Of a DNA stretch of 64,000 bases, positions 28,908 through 38,124 are shown one piece after another. This stretch comes from a virus (lineage: Duplodnaviria; Heunggongvirae; Uroviricota; Caudoviricetes), in the IMG/VR virus record IMGVR_UViG_3300043438_001962; one strand, given 5' to 3'. How positions within the stretch are numbered: the stretch's first letter is position 1; each line of letters begins with the position of its first letter. A program made the translations under genes and the position numbers. The notes under the pieces were generated by a model. The model was not told the DNA's origin, ran no database searches, and saw only the letters and a program-made list of their open reading frames with translations.

Positions 28908-29193
28908 TATTGATGAATACGCGGAAGGTGCGGTTCTATTGGATGGATTAGAAGGTGCTATCGTTGGGATAGTTGAGGACTTCGGTTCTCCGGGAAGAAA
29001 GATGTTATATTCCAAACAAGGAATATTAAATATACTACAAGAGAGAGACCTAATGACTTATGGTGAGGCAGAAGAGTTTTACGATTATAATATATTAGGA
29101 TTACACGCGGGTGAACAAAACGCAGTATTTTTAGATTTAGAAATAAAACCAATAAAAAAAGAAGATGGTTGGGAATACCAACTGAAAGAGTAA
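28882..29193 (+). CDS. hypothetical protein
   Basis: ORF only. Confidence 0.35.
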   Translation: MNVLRVTVDIDEYAEGAVLLDGLEGAIVGIVEDFGSPGRKMLYSKQGILNILQERDLMTYGEAEEFYDYNILGLHAGEQNAVFLDLEIKPIKKEDGWEYQLKE

Positions 29194-29194
29194 T

Positions 29195-29767
29195 ATGGCA
29201 AATGTAATGACAACATATGTTAAGATTGTTAATCTTAACGAAGAAACGTTTTTAAAATTTAGTGATTTATTTAAAACTGAAAATGACAATAGTTCTTATG
29301 TAGAATTAGTAAATCATTTTAATAAATTATTTGATGAGAAATTTAGTGAACCGGATAATGTTATGGACCGAGAATGGATGGAACAAAACATTGGTTCAAA
29401 GTGGATTACCGTTGAATTTGGTGATGATGGATACACACCTGAAGTTGATGTGATAATCGAAAGTGCTTGGAGTGTTCCTACGGAATATATTCAAAAAGTG
29501 GTTGAGGTTTTAAATCGGATGGATAAAGATATTGTAGCTTATGGTACATACGAAGATGAAGGATTTTCACCTATCGGTGCGTTTGTTTACGGATATGATT
29601 ATGATGATATTGAAGATTACGATGAAGAAGTTGATTTTGATGAAATGATGAATGACGACGAGTATCATGAAAAAACGTATGATGAACTATATTCATTAAG
29701 AGATAGTTTATATAATTCATATCTTGAAGCAAAAAAAGAAAGAGAAGAAGATGATAGAAACGGGTAA
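29195..29767 (+). CDS. hypothetical acidic protein
   Basis: ORF only. Confidence 0.45.
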   Translation: MANVMTTYVKIVNLNEETFLKFSDLFKTENDNSSYVELVNHFNKLFDEKFSEPDNVMDREWMEQNIGSKWITVEFGDDGYTPEVDVIIESAWSVPTEYIQKVVEVLNRMDKDIVAYGTYEDEGFSPIGAFVYGYDYDDIEDYDEEVDFDEMMNDDEYHEKTYDELYSLRDSLYNSYLEAKKEREEDDRNG

Positions 29768-30614
29768 GATTATAAATGGAGATTGTGTTGAGGTAATGAA
29801 ATCACTTCCGGATGGATGTATTGATTTACTAGTAACCTCACCACCATACAATGTCAACGTGTCGTATGATGTTTACGATGATGGGCGTTCAATGGACGAG
29901 TATTGGGATTTTACCCGACAATGGTTATCTGAATCATTAAGAATATTGAAAGACGATGGTAGAGTTGCAATCAATGTTCCTATAGAATTAAACGTTCAAG
30001 AAAGAGGGGGAAGAATATTATTCAACGCTGAATTTTGGATAATGATGAAAGAAGTTGGATTCAAATTCTTTGGGATGGTAGATTTAACTGAAGATTCCCC
30101 GCATAGAGTTAGACAAACTGCTTGGGGTAGTTGGATGAGTGCTAGTTGTCCTTATATTTACAACCCAAAGGAGTGTATAATATTGGCTTACAAAAAAACT
30201 AATAAGAAACTGACCAAAGGTGAATCACAATGGAAAGGTGTTCCAACGGATGTTGAGCAACCGGACGGAACAACTAAAAATAAAGTGGTTTATCAGGATG
30301 AGGATAAGAAAGAGTTTATGAATTTAGTATTTGGAAGATGGGAATACTTCGCTGATACCAAATCATTAACAAAGGCGACATTCTCAATGGATATTCCATC
30401 AAAGGCGATTAAGATATTAACTTACAAGAATGATATTGTACTCGACCCTTTTATGGGTAGTGGAACTTCAGCGTTCGCGGCGGAACTATTGGACCGAAGA
30501 TGGTTGGGAATCGAGTTATCACCGGATTATACGGAGATTGCTAGAAAAAGAGTTCAAGCATTAATTGATGAGAGAAGACAAACAAAATTAGAGTTAAAAG
30601 AAGAGGAGGTTTAA
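29751..30614 (+). CDS. beta-class DNA methyltransferase (N6_N4_Mtase family; the SPPY motif suggests N4-cytosine or N6-adenine)
   Basis: The N-terminus reads KIINGDCVEVMKSLPDGCIDLLVTSPPYN (motif IV). The C-terminus reads VLDPFMGSGTSAFAAELLDRRWLGIELSPDY (motif I). Confidence 0.9.
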   Translation: MIETGKIINGDCVEVMKSLPDGCIDLLVTSPPYNVNVSYDVYDDGRSMDEYWDFTRQWLSESLRILKDDGRVAINVPIELNVQERGGRILFNAEFWIMMKEVGFKFFGMVDLTEDSPHRVRQTAWGSWMSASCPYIYNPKECIILAYKKTNKKLTKGESQWKGVPTDVEQPDGTTKNKVVYQDEDKKEFMNLVFGRWEYFADTKSLTKATFSMDIPSKAIKILTYKNDIVLDPFMGSGTSAFAAELLDRRWLGIELSPDYTEIARKRVQALIDERRQTKLELKEEEV

Positions 30615-31234
30615 TCCTCTTTTTTTATGTCGTAATAGAATGAATTAGTATCTTCACTAACCCATCGGTCTGATTGATTTTCAACTGATGGAAGGTCAGT
30701 ATCAACTTTAAATTGTTTTAAATTGTCAGGTAATTTTTTTGTTACCCAATTACTATCTTTCCAAAAGATTCTATTGTTTGGTTGACATAAAAGATATCCA
30801 TCATCACCACTAAATATGTGACCACATTTATAATCGGATGGTTCATCACTATATGGGTTATTAAACCAATCTACAGTAAACATATATGTTCCCCACACTT
30901 TAGTTCCGTCTCTTAACACTATTTCGGCTCTATGATATGCTAAAAAGTCGTATTCAATTATCGATACGTTTTCTGAAAAACAATCCCAAAGTTGTTTATA
31001 ATTAAACGGAATATCATTGGTAGGTTCTTTTACGTATATTTCGGATATTGGTACTCTACTTCTAACCATACCATCATCGGTCATTACGTGAAAAGTTAAT
31101 ATTACTCCTGATACTGATTGAATTCCAAAACAATATATGTTAATGAAAACATTTTTATCTTCTTCATTTTTGGTAAAATGATATTTTCTTACTAACGCTT
31201 TAAAGCTAGGAATGTTTGAATTTAATGTACTCAT
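30611..31234 (-). CDS. hypothetical protein (minus strand)
   Basis: It is a 207-aa ORF convergent with the MTase. Confidence 0.45.
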   Translation of the reverse strand: MSTLNSNIPSFKALVRKYHFTKNEEDKNVFINIYCFGIQSVSGVILTFHVMTDDGMVRSRVPISEIYVKEPTNDIPFNYKQLWDCFSENVSIIEYDFLAYHRAEIVLRDGTKVWGTYMFTVDWFNNPYSDEPSDYKCGHIFSGDDGYLLCQPNNRIFWKDSNWVTKKLPDNLKQFKVDTDLPSVENQSDRWVSEDTNSFYYDIKKED

Positions 31235-31311
31235 ATTACAAAAATAATTGAAGTTAATATAAAGAGAAGTGTTTAAATATTTTGTGTTATATTTATATAT
31301 AAATATTTATT

Positions 31312-31665
31312 ATGACAAAAAGATTTATTATTACTGAAGAAGAAAAAGATGATATCCTTTCTAAATATGGTTTAGTTAGTGAGCAAATGAACCAACAAAA
31401 GGCGGTTGATACTCAAATGGAAAAAATTAAACCTGAAACAGGTGGTAAATATTGTTTTGGTGACCCAAAACGACTTCAATCGGCTTATGGTTATAATGTT
31501 AAATTATATAAAGTTAAATCAGGTGATACGTTAAGTGATATCGCTTCAAAACATCCTGGTGTTACTGATGTTGATGACCTTATTAGAATCAATAAAGGTT
31601 GCTCGGTAAGTAAAGGGTTGAAAAGTGGTGATGTAATTGCGATTGTGATGATGCCTTCAATGTAA
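31312..31665 (+). CDS. LysM-domain protein
   Basis: The LysM core reads YKVKSGDTLSDIASKH ... LIRINK ... LKSGDVIAI. Confidence 0.55.
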   Translation: MTKRFIITEEEKDDILSKYGLVSEQMNQQKAVDTQMEKIKPETGGKYCFGDPKRLQSAYGYNVKLYKVKSGDTLSDIASKHPGVTDVDDLIRINKGCSVSKGLKSGDVIAIVMMPSM

Positions 31666-31666
31666 T

Positions 31667-33070
31667 ATGAAAAAACTTATAAAAGAAAGTGGGATAAGAG
31701 ATATTAATGCTCTTGCAAAACGATATCCCAAAGCGGAAATATATTTTCACCAAGATTTAGATGGTGTAACTACGGCTATTGCTATGAGAGAATATCTTGA
31801 AAACAATGGTATTAAAGTTGTGGGTGCTCACGTCATTCAATATGGTGATAAAGAATTTGCTGTAAAGAAGAATGATGCTAAAGGTGATGTGATGCCGGTC
31901 TTGGTTGATTTTGCTCACGGAAAACCAATGTTTGTTATCCATACTGACCACCATGATAGACAAGCTGGTGCTGAAGATACAAAATCAACTTCTTTTAGAC
32001 AATCTCGTTCCAATGTTGAAACCATCTCACAGGTTGTTTCACCAAAGGAATTATTTCCATCTTCAGATATTTTATTGATATCAACAGTAGATTCTGCAAA
32101 TTATGCGGTAAACAATATTACGGTTGACCAAGTTATTTCTTATTTATTTAAATTAGATAAGGACAAATCATTGGAGAAAAATAAAATGTTAATGGGGTTA
32201 GTTGTTAACAAATTATTATTAGCATTTAAAAACAAGCCAGGGTTTTTAGAAACATTGGTTATGGAATGTTCACCATCATTGTTGAATATCCTTAACACCA
32301 TTAAAAGAATAATGGTTGAAAAAGGTTATGCAAAACCGGAGGAACTTGAAAAGAACAAAGAGGATTACGTTAAGTCAATGCAGACCAACCCAAATGTTAA
32401 AGTAATGGATAACGTTATTGTTCAATATGGTGGTGGGTCAATGTTTAAACCGGGTTCTTATGATAGATATACGCCATTTAAAAACAACCCTGAAGCTGAT
32501 TTTATTGTTATTGCTTGGCCGTTAGGGTTAGTTCAAGCATCTTGTAATCCATTCAAAGGTGAAAGACAATTGAAAGGTGTGAATTTAGGTGAGATTGCTC
32601 AAGAAGTATTATCTAAATGGGAGGACCAATTAAAACAAAGAGAGATACCATTGTCAACTATTAAATGGGTTTCGGAATCTTCAAAAGATTTTAATCAAGA
32701 ATCGACAGGGTTTACATTTAAAGATTTTGTTGCTTTATATGGTAAAGAATATAAGACAATGGAAGATGGTAGAGAAAAATTATATCACATTGGTGAAATG
32801 ATGGAAATGCCTTTTTCTGAATTACCTGAAGAACATAGAAAAATGTTGGATGACATTAAAGTTAACGCATGGGATTTCATTCAATCAAATAGTGGTGGAC
32901 ACAAATGTATTACAAACATATCCGGGTTAAACTTTATGGGTAGAAGTACTAGACCACCAAAAGGTAGTACTAGATATAATGAATCTGAAGATTCACCTTC
33001 AGTTAAGTTTACCAAAATGATTCAGAATGAGTTTGTGAAAGTATTACAGGAGAAGATAAATCAATCGTAG
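31667..33070 (+). CDS. DHH-DHHA1 family phosphoesterase (NrnA/RecJ-like)
   Basis: DHH motifs I (FHQDLDG), II (VLVDFAHG) and III (IHTDHHD) are present, with a C-terminal DHHA1 GGH motif (SNSGGHKCI). Confidence 0.65.
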   Translation: MKKLIKESGIRDINALAKRYPKAEIYFHQDLDGVTTAIAMREYLENNGIKVVGAHVIQYGDKEFAVKKNDAKGDVMPVLVDFAHGKPMFVIHTDHHDRQAGAEDTKSTSFRQSRSNVETISQVVSPKELFPSSDILLISTVDSANYAVNNITVDQVISYLFKLDKDKSLEKNKMLMGLVVNKLLLAFKNKPGFLETLVMECSPSLLNILNTIKRIMVEKGYAKPEELEKNKEDYVKSMQTNPNVKVMDNVIVQYGGGSMFKPGSYDRYTPFKNNPEADFIVIAWPLGLVQASCNPFKGERQLKGVNLGEIAQEVLSKWEDQLKQREIPLSTIKWVSESSKDFNQESTGFTFKDFVALYGKEYKTMEDGREKLYHIGEMMEMPFSELPEEHRKMLDDIKVNAWDFIQSNSGGHKCITNISGLNFMGRSTRPPKGSTRYNESEDSPSVKFTKMIQNEFVKVLQEKINQS

Positions 33071-33426
33071 TGAAGGATTGTATCACCGGATTTAATACTT
33101 AACTTTTTACAAGTTCCACCTTGGACTTCAAGTATCATATCGCCTTCACCACAATAATTTTCACAATCCTTTGTTTTACAAGGTTGGCAGTTGTGGTGAA
33201 TTTTTGTTATAACATCATCTTCAATGAAGATTATATCAAGATTAGTTATACAATTTTTCATCCAAAAGCAGTGTTGACCTTCGGACATAATAAATAACAT
33301 ACCGTTAAAGGTATTGTCAAATTTTTTGTTCATCATCCCTTCACTAGTGTCTTTGGATGACATAACAGTTTTGACTTTAAATTTATTTTTGTTTATAGTT
33401 AAATTCATATACTTATAAATACGCAA
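33061..33426 (-). CDS. Cys-rich hypothetical protein (minus strand)
   Basis: It contains several Cys pairs. Confidence 0.35.
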   Translation of the reverse strand: MRIYKYMNLTINKNKFKVKTVMSSKDTSEGMMNKKFDNTFNGMLFIMSEGQHCFWMKNCITNLDIIFIEDDVITKIHHNCQPCKTKDCENYCGEGDMILEVQGGTCKKLSIKSGDTILHYD

Positions 33427-33437
33427 AAAAATATAAA

Positions 33438-33863
33438 ATGAAAGAAGTAAAAAGATATTCCGGTGTAATTGTTAAATGTGGTGACGAAGTGTTACTATGT
33501 AAAAGAAATGCTACTGATTCTTTACCGGGTCAATGGAGCATACCTTGTGGACACTTGGAAAAAGGTGAGCATCCAATGGATGGTGTTAAGAGAGAATTTG
33601 AAGAGGAAACAAATTATACTTTAGATAACAAATTAAAATTAGTTGGGTTTGTTAAGAGATACAATCGTGACGGCTCAGAGGTGAAAGGGTTGATGTATGT
33701 GTTTATGATGGAAACCGATGAAAAGATAAATCCAGATTTAGAGAACGCTAAAGATGGTGAAGAACACACAGAATGTGGGTATTTTGACCTTGAAAATCTA
33801 CCATTTGATAAAAAAGATGACCAATTATGTAAATTAATTACGAGAATCTTAAAAAAAGATTGA
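33438..33863 (+). CDS. NUDIX hydrolase
   Basis: The Nudix box reads GHLEKGEHPMDGVKREFEEETNY (Gx5Ex7REx2EExG). Confidence 0.8.
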   Translation: MKEVKRYSGVIVKCGDEVLLCKRNATDSLPGQWSIPCGHLEKGEHPMDGVKREFEEETNYTLDNKLKLVGFVKRYNRDGSEVKGLMYVFMMETDEKINPDLENAKDGEEHTECGYFDLENLPFDKKDDQLCKLITRILKKD

Positions 33864-33936
33864 TTTTTGTAATTTTATAATGTATTTATTAATTCATTAC
33901 GCCAACAACCCCCTTTCTTATGGTTGGACACATTGA

Positions 33937-33972
33937 AACCTCAACAGAGTAAAATTTGTTGAGGTTTTTTTT
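33937..33972 (+). terminator. rho-independent terminator
   Basis: The hairpin AACCTCAACAG ... GTTGAGGTT is followed by a T8 run. Confidence 0.65.
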
Positions 33973-34000
33973 GTTTATAACAAAAATAGTATTATCTTTG
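33971..34000 (+). promoter_or_regulatory. Bacteroidetes-type promoter (TTG N19 TATCTTTG)
   Basis: The motif agTATTATCTTTGtcg ends at 34003 and the ATG is at 34023. Confidence 0.55.
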
Positions 34001-34022
34001 TCGGGAATTTAATTATTAAGAT

Positions 34023-34523
34023 ATGATAGTATTAGGAATTATTTTAGGTATCATCTTATTGTTGGTTGCGATGATAGGTGTGGGCGGTTCTATTCAAGAC
34101 AAAAATAGACGAGCAAAATGTAAAAATTGGAAAGTTGGTGATAAATTAGCTTTGTGTAGAGGTAAATATAATGATATTTTAGAACACAGAAAGAAAGAAT
34201 ATGCTATTCTTAAAGGGTGGGATTTAGAGAATCTTTATATTGATTGTGGTGATGATATGGTTTATCAAGTTAATTGGTCTATAATGAACTTTAACAAATC
34301 TTATATTTGGAGAAAAAACTACGAAGATGCTAAAAAAGTAATGGGATGTGACCCGGCTTTTAGTGGTGGTGTTGGTGAGAGTTCTATTGGTAGAATTTAT
34401 AATGGAAAACCAATTGACGTTATGAGTGAGATTGAGTGTGAGGTGTATTTGAAAAAAGCGTTGGAAGAAGAAGATTACGACACAGCTGAGTTGATAAGAA
34501 AAAGAATGGAAAAATTTAGATAA
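34023..34523 (+). CDS. membrane-anchored protein with a C-terminal UVR-like motif
   Basis: An N-terminal TM segment is present. The C-terminus LKKALEEEDYDTAELIRKRMEKF resembles the UvrB/UvrC-type UVR motif. Confidence 0.35.
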   Translation: MIVLGIILGIILLLVAMIGVGGSIQDKNRRAKCKNWKVGDKLALCRGKYNDILEHRKKEYAILKGWDLENLYIDCGDDMVYQVNWSIMNFNKSYIWRKNYEDAKKVMGCDPAFSGGVGESSIGRIYNGKPIDVMSEIECEVYLKKALEEEDYDTAELIRKRMEKFR

Positions 34524-34524
34524 G

Positions 34525-34707
34525 ATGAAAAATATTTTAAGAGGAATGGCTTTGGCGGTACTAGTTTATTGTGTAATTATTGGAATCACTTTGGTATGTG
34601 TTAAGTTATGTGGTGGAAGAATAAGTGATGTTTCAACCGATGTTTATGTTGGTATCGGTGTGGTTTGTGGTTTTATGGGAATAATGATTAACGAAAAATT
34701 AGATTAA
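34525..34707 (+). CDS. small membrane protein
   Basis: Two TM helices are predicted. Confidence 0.3.
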   Translation: MKNILRGMALAVLVYCVIIGITLVCVKLCGGRISDVSTDVYVGIGVVCGFMGIMINEKLD

Positions 34708-34708
34708 G

Positions 34709-34915
34709 ATGGGAGAAAAATTTGAAGCATTCGCAATAGCAATATTATCTTTGATAGTATTAGGAATTTTTATGGCTTGGCCGGTCCAAATATTATGGAA
34801 CGGATGTTTAATCCAAGCGGTAGACGGGTTAAATCCAATTACGTTTTGGCAAGCGTTAGGGATTAATATTTTATGTGGTGTCTTATTTAAAAATTCATCA
34901 AGTTCTAAAGATTAA
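34709..34915 (+). CDS. small membrane protein
   Basis: Two TM helices are predicted. Confidence 0.3.
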   Translation: MGEKFEAFAIAILSLIVLGIFMAWPVQILWNGCLIQAVDGLNPITFWQALGINILCGVLFKNSSSSKD

Positions 34916-34917
34916 TT

Positions 34918-34958
34918 TTGTATATTAAAAAAATAGTATTATCTTTGTACTCACAAAA
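34918..34958 (+). promoter_or_regulatory. promoter plus conserved leader, an exact copy of the element at 39577-39600
   Basis: It is a TTG N19 TATCTTTG arrangement. The 24-mer AGTATTATCTTTGTACTCACAAAA is identical at 34935-34958 and 39577-39600. Confidence 0.6.
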
Positions 34959-34967
34959 CATATAGAT

Positions 34968-35243
34968 ATGACTACATCAAATTACACAATCAGAATTGAG
35001 AACGAGAAGTTCGGGAAACTATTAAACGAAACATTCGTGGATGCAATCCAATTCAAGTTATTCTTGAAGATGGTTCAGGGCTGTCTTGAGTTGAAAAACG
35101 ATTTGACATTCTTCAACGGAAGTGATTTTTTAATTCACGTTCCATTCAAATATTTGGTAGAATCAGTTATTGTTACATCAACATTTGATATGACATTGGC
35201 TGACCATATGAGAAGTAAAGTAGAGGCGTTAGTAACTAAATAA
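34968..35243 (+). CDS. hypothetical protein
   Basis: ORF only. Confidence 0.4.
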   Translation: MTTSNYTIRIENEKFGKLLNETFVDAIQFKLFLKMVQGCLELKNDLTFFNGSDFLIHVPFKYLVESVIVTSTFDMTLADHMRSKVEALVTK

Positions 35244-35253
35244 TTAGAAAAAT

Positions 35254-35544
35254 ATGGATAATTTAGGATTATTATTTTTAGCTGTTGTGATATGTTATTT
35301 TTTTTACAAATTTTGGAAAAAAATTATAGCACTGATTGTTCTTGGGATTGTGTTTGGGTTTATGTTTATGGCATCAAGTGTTAATGATTTTATCACTGAT
35401 GTAAAAAAGATAGGTTCTAAACAAGAAACATCTCAAACCGATATGGTTTATGAAGATACTATAACACAACAATATGTTCACACAAATATTGAGGTGGATT
35501 CAACTAATTTAGATTATAAAACAGACGATTCAAAAAAAGAATAA
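35254..35544 (+). CDS. small membrane protein
   Basis: Two TM segments are predicted. Confidence 0.35.
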   Translation: MDNLGLLFLAVVICYFFYKFWKKIIALIVLGIVFGFMFMASSVNDFITDVKKIGSKQETSQTDMVYEDTITQQYVHTNIEVDSTNLDYKTDDSKKE

Positions 35545-35548
35545 AAAT

Positions 35549-36052
35549 ATGAGCACAAATTACTACAGAATACCGAAACAAAAAGTTGTTAGAGAAAAAT
35601 ACCTTGAATTGGCAGAACAAATTAGTTATATGGATATATTCTCACCGGAACAAATTTACAATGAATTTAGAACCATTGAAAAAGGTTTTGAACGTTGGAG
35701 TCCGTGGGACAATTTTATAGATGGATTAAAGATTCATATTGGAAAGAGAAGTTCAGGGTGGAAATTCCTATGGAACTTTCAAGAGGGTAAATTCTATACT
35801 AATAAGGAAGAACTATTTAAGTTCATCCGTTCAGGTAGAATTGTTGATGAGTATGGTGAATTACAAGACACCGAAGAGTTCATTAAGATGGCTTTGGAGT
35901 GGGGTCAACCGGATGGTTATGTGTTGGATGAAAATTATATCGCCGAACAACGTAAGCAACCTAATTACCGACCAAGTTTTATTAATATGTCAAATTATTA
36001 TGATAAAGAAGTTGATGGTCTTCGAGTATCATCATCTGTAGAGTTTTCCTAG
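35549..36052 (+). CDS. hypothetical protein
   Basis: ORF only. Confidence 0.4.
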   Translation: MSTNYYRIPKQKVVREKYLELAEQISYMDIFSPEQIYNEFRTIEKGFERWSPWDNFIDGLKIHIGKRSSGWKFLWNFQEGKFYTNKEELFKFIRSGRIVDEYGELQDTEEFIKMALEWGQPDGYVLDENYIAEQRKQPNYRPSFINMSNYYDKEVDGLRVSSSVEFS

Positions 36053-36075
36053 TTCTCTTTAAAGATAGGATGGTG

Positions 36076-36135
36076 GAGTCGCCGACATCTCAGTCGGCCC
36101 TAAAATTAACCCTCACATAAAGTGGGGGTTTTTTG
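36076..36135 (+). terminator. tandem GC-rich hairpins (GCCGAC/GTCGGC, then CCCTCAC/GTGGGGG plus T-run)
   Basis: Two stem-loops lie in a row downstream of the gene ending at 36052. The second has a T6 tail. Confidence 0.55.
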
Positions 36136-36165
36136 TTTAGTTAGATATTTATAAATAAAAGAATT

Positions 36166-36483
36166 ATGGGTAACGTTATATTGACAGAAAAACAACTTGA
36201 AAAGTTGATTAACAAAATGAAGACCGTTAATGAGAATCATAGTGAAGGTTCTTATATGGCTAAACAACAATTATTTACAATTGCAACATTGGCTCACGCT
36301 ATGTGGGAGAAAATGGAAGATGGTGAACAACTTGAAGATTGGATGGAATCTAAGATATCTCAAGCGGAACAAAGTATTGTAGGAGTTGTTAAAACTTTTA
36401 TGTATGATGAGTTTAAAGACGAATCTAAATCCAATGATGGCATGGGAAAACTTAATTATGATGAAATTATAATAGGTAAATAA
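36166..36483 (+). CDS. hypothetical protein
   Basis: ORF only. Confidence 0.4.
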   Translation: MGNVILTEKQLEKLINKMKTVNENHSEGSYMAKQQLFTIATLAHAMWEKMEDGEQLEDWMESKISQAEQSIVGVVKTFMYDEFKDESKSNDGMGKLNYDEIIIGK

Positions 36484-36505
36484 TAAAATAACTTTTACAT
36501 TTTAC

Positions 36506-36540
36506 AAACCTTTGTTTATTATTAGACAAAGGTTTTTTTT
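36506..36540 (+). terminator. rho-independent terminator abutting the next ATG
   Basis: The hairpin AAACCTTTGT ... ACAAAGGTTT is followed by a T8 run and ends one base before the ATG at 36541. Confidence 0.6.
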
Positions 36541-37455
36541 ATGAGTAGAATTATTGTAACAGGTGGGCTCGGATTTATCGGGTCTGAATTTGTAAATTAT
36601 GTGATGAACAACACAGACCATGAGGTTGTTGTTTTAGATAAAATGACTTACGCGGCTAATATTGATAATATTAAGCAACCATTTCATTTAATAAAAAAAG
36701 ATATTTGTAAAGTAACCCAAGATGATTTAGGTGATTACGATTATATTGTAAATTTCGCAGCTGAAACTCACGTGGATAATTCAATTTTGAATGGGAGACC
36801 ATTTGTTGAAACTAATGTGATGGGAACTTTTAATTTATTAGAATTGGCAAGAAAGAATAATAAGTTAAAAAAGTTTTTACAAATTTCAACAGATGAAGTT
36901 TATGGTGATATGGAAGACAATGATGAGAATAATAGAATCTCTACTGAAGAGTTTCCAATGAAAGCGAGTTCATATTATTCAGCAACTAAAGTATCTTCGG
37001 ATATGTTAGTAATATCGGCAAACAGAACTTACGGTTTACCATACTTAATTACCAGAACTTGTAATAATTTTGGTGAACATCAAAACAACGAAAAGTTTAT
37101 TCCAAAAATTATTTCATCAATTAAGAATGGTGTTGAAGTTCCGGTTTATGGAGATGGTAGTCAGGTTAGAGAGTGGATTCACGCTTCAGACAATGTTAAA
37201 CAAATCTACAAGTTATTAGTTTCGGATGTGGTTAATGAAGTTTATAACATTGGTTCAGGTGAACGTTATCAGAATATTGATATTATTAATATGATTGGTA
37301 ATATTCTTGGGACTGATGTAAAATATAAATTTGTTGAAGATAGATTGGGCCATGACAAACGATATTCTTTAAGTTCAAATAAGTTTAGAAATACATTTGG
37401 TGAATATGAGTGTATTAAATTACATAAATGGTTAGAAGAAATAATTGTTAAGTAA
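36541..37455 (+). CDS. NAD-dependent sugar-nucleotide 4,6-dehydratase (RmlB-like extended SDR)
   Basis: It has a TGGLGFIGS Rossmann motif, a YSATK (YxxxK) catalytic motif and the dehydratase-like REWIHASDN motif. Confidence 0.7.
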   Translation: MSRIIVTGGLGFIGSEFVNYVMNNTDHEVVVLDKMTYAANIDNIKQPFHLIKKDICKVTQDDLGDYDYIVNFAAETHVDNSILNGRPFVETNVMGTFNLLELARKNNKLKKFLQISTDEVYGDMEDNDENNRISTEEFPMKASSYYSATKVSSDMLVISANRTYGLPYLITRTCNNFGEHQNNEKFIPKIISSIKNGVEVPVYGDGSQVREWIHASDNVKQIYKLLVSDVVNEVYNIGSGERYQNIDIINMIGNILGTDVKYKFVEDRLGHDKRYSLSSNKFRNTFGEYECIKLHKWLEEIIVK

Positions 37456-37966
37456 TATGTCAGGAGGTCTATTTACAAGAAAAAAAGTGTTTCCGGATAA
37501 TAGAGGTGTGTTTGCGCCATTATCTTTGAAGGTTGGTGGGTTAGATTGGATTCAGAGTAATATTAGTTTTAATCCAAATAAATTCACTTTAAGAGGTTTA
37601 CACTTCCAAGTTGGAGAGTTTGCTCAAACAAAATTAATCAAAGTTATTAATGGTGAGATTTTAGATTTCATTGTTGATATCCGTGAAGGGTCTGAAAACT
37701 ATATGATGTTGTATATGTATCATATGGAAAGTGGTGACGAATTATTAGTACCAAAAGGTTTTGCTCATGGGTTTATCACTTTGAGAGATAATACGATAGT
37801 TCAATATTTGGTTGATAATGATTACTCACCGGAAAGTGAAGGGTCAATTGTTTGGACCAACTTTGAACAAATTAAAGTTAAGATTGAAAATTTGGTGGGT
37901 AATTTTGATGAGAATGATATAACAATATCGGATAAAGATTTAATTACTAAAAATTTTAAATTATGA
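37445..37966 (+). CDS. dTDP-4-dehydrorhamnose 3,5-epimerase-like cupin (RmlC family)
   Basis: It contains RGLHFQ, KLIKVINGEILDFIVDIREGS and VPKGFAHGF ... Y ... SPESEGSIVW, matching RmlC signature blocks. Confidence 0.7.
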   Translation: MLSNMSGGLFTRKKVFPDNRGVFAPLSLKVGGLDWIQSNISFNPNKFTLRGLHFQVGEFAQTKLIKVINGEILDFIVDIREGSENYMMLYMYHMESGDELLVPKGFAHGFITLRDNTIVQYLVDNDYSPESEGSIVWTNFEQIKVKIENLVGNFDENDITISDKDLITKNFKL

Positions 37967-38124
37967 GTGAAGAAACAAACGAATATGAATTAGATTTGAT
38001 TGATTTGATTAAAAATACTCCAAATGATATGGAGTTAGGTCATAAATTACGTTTATATTATATTAGATACGGAAAAGGTCTTAAGGTTTTAGTAAAGTAG
38101 TATATTTATATATAAAACTTTATT

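Noticed and set aside
36060-36140. GC-rich segment GGTGGAGTCGCCGACATCTCAGTCGGCCC considered as a tRNA or ncRNA.
   Set aside because: It is too short for a tRNA. There is no T-loop GTTCRANYC, D-loop or acceptor pairing. It is better explained as two stacked terminator hairpins.
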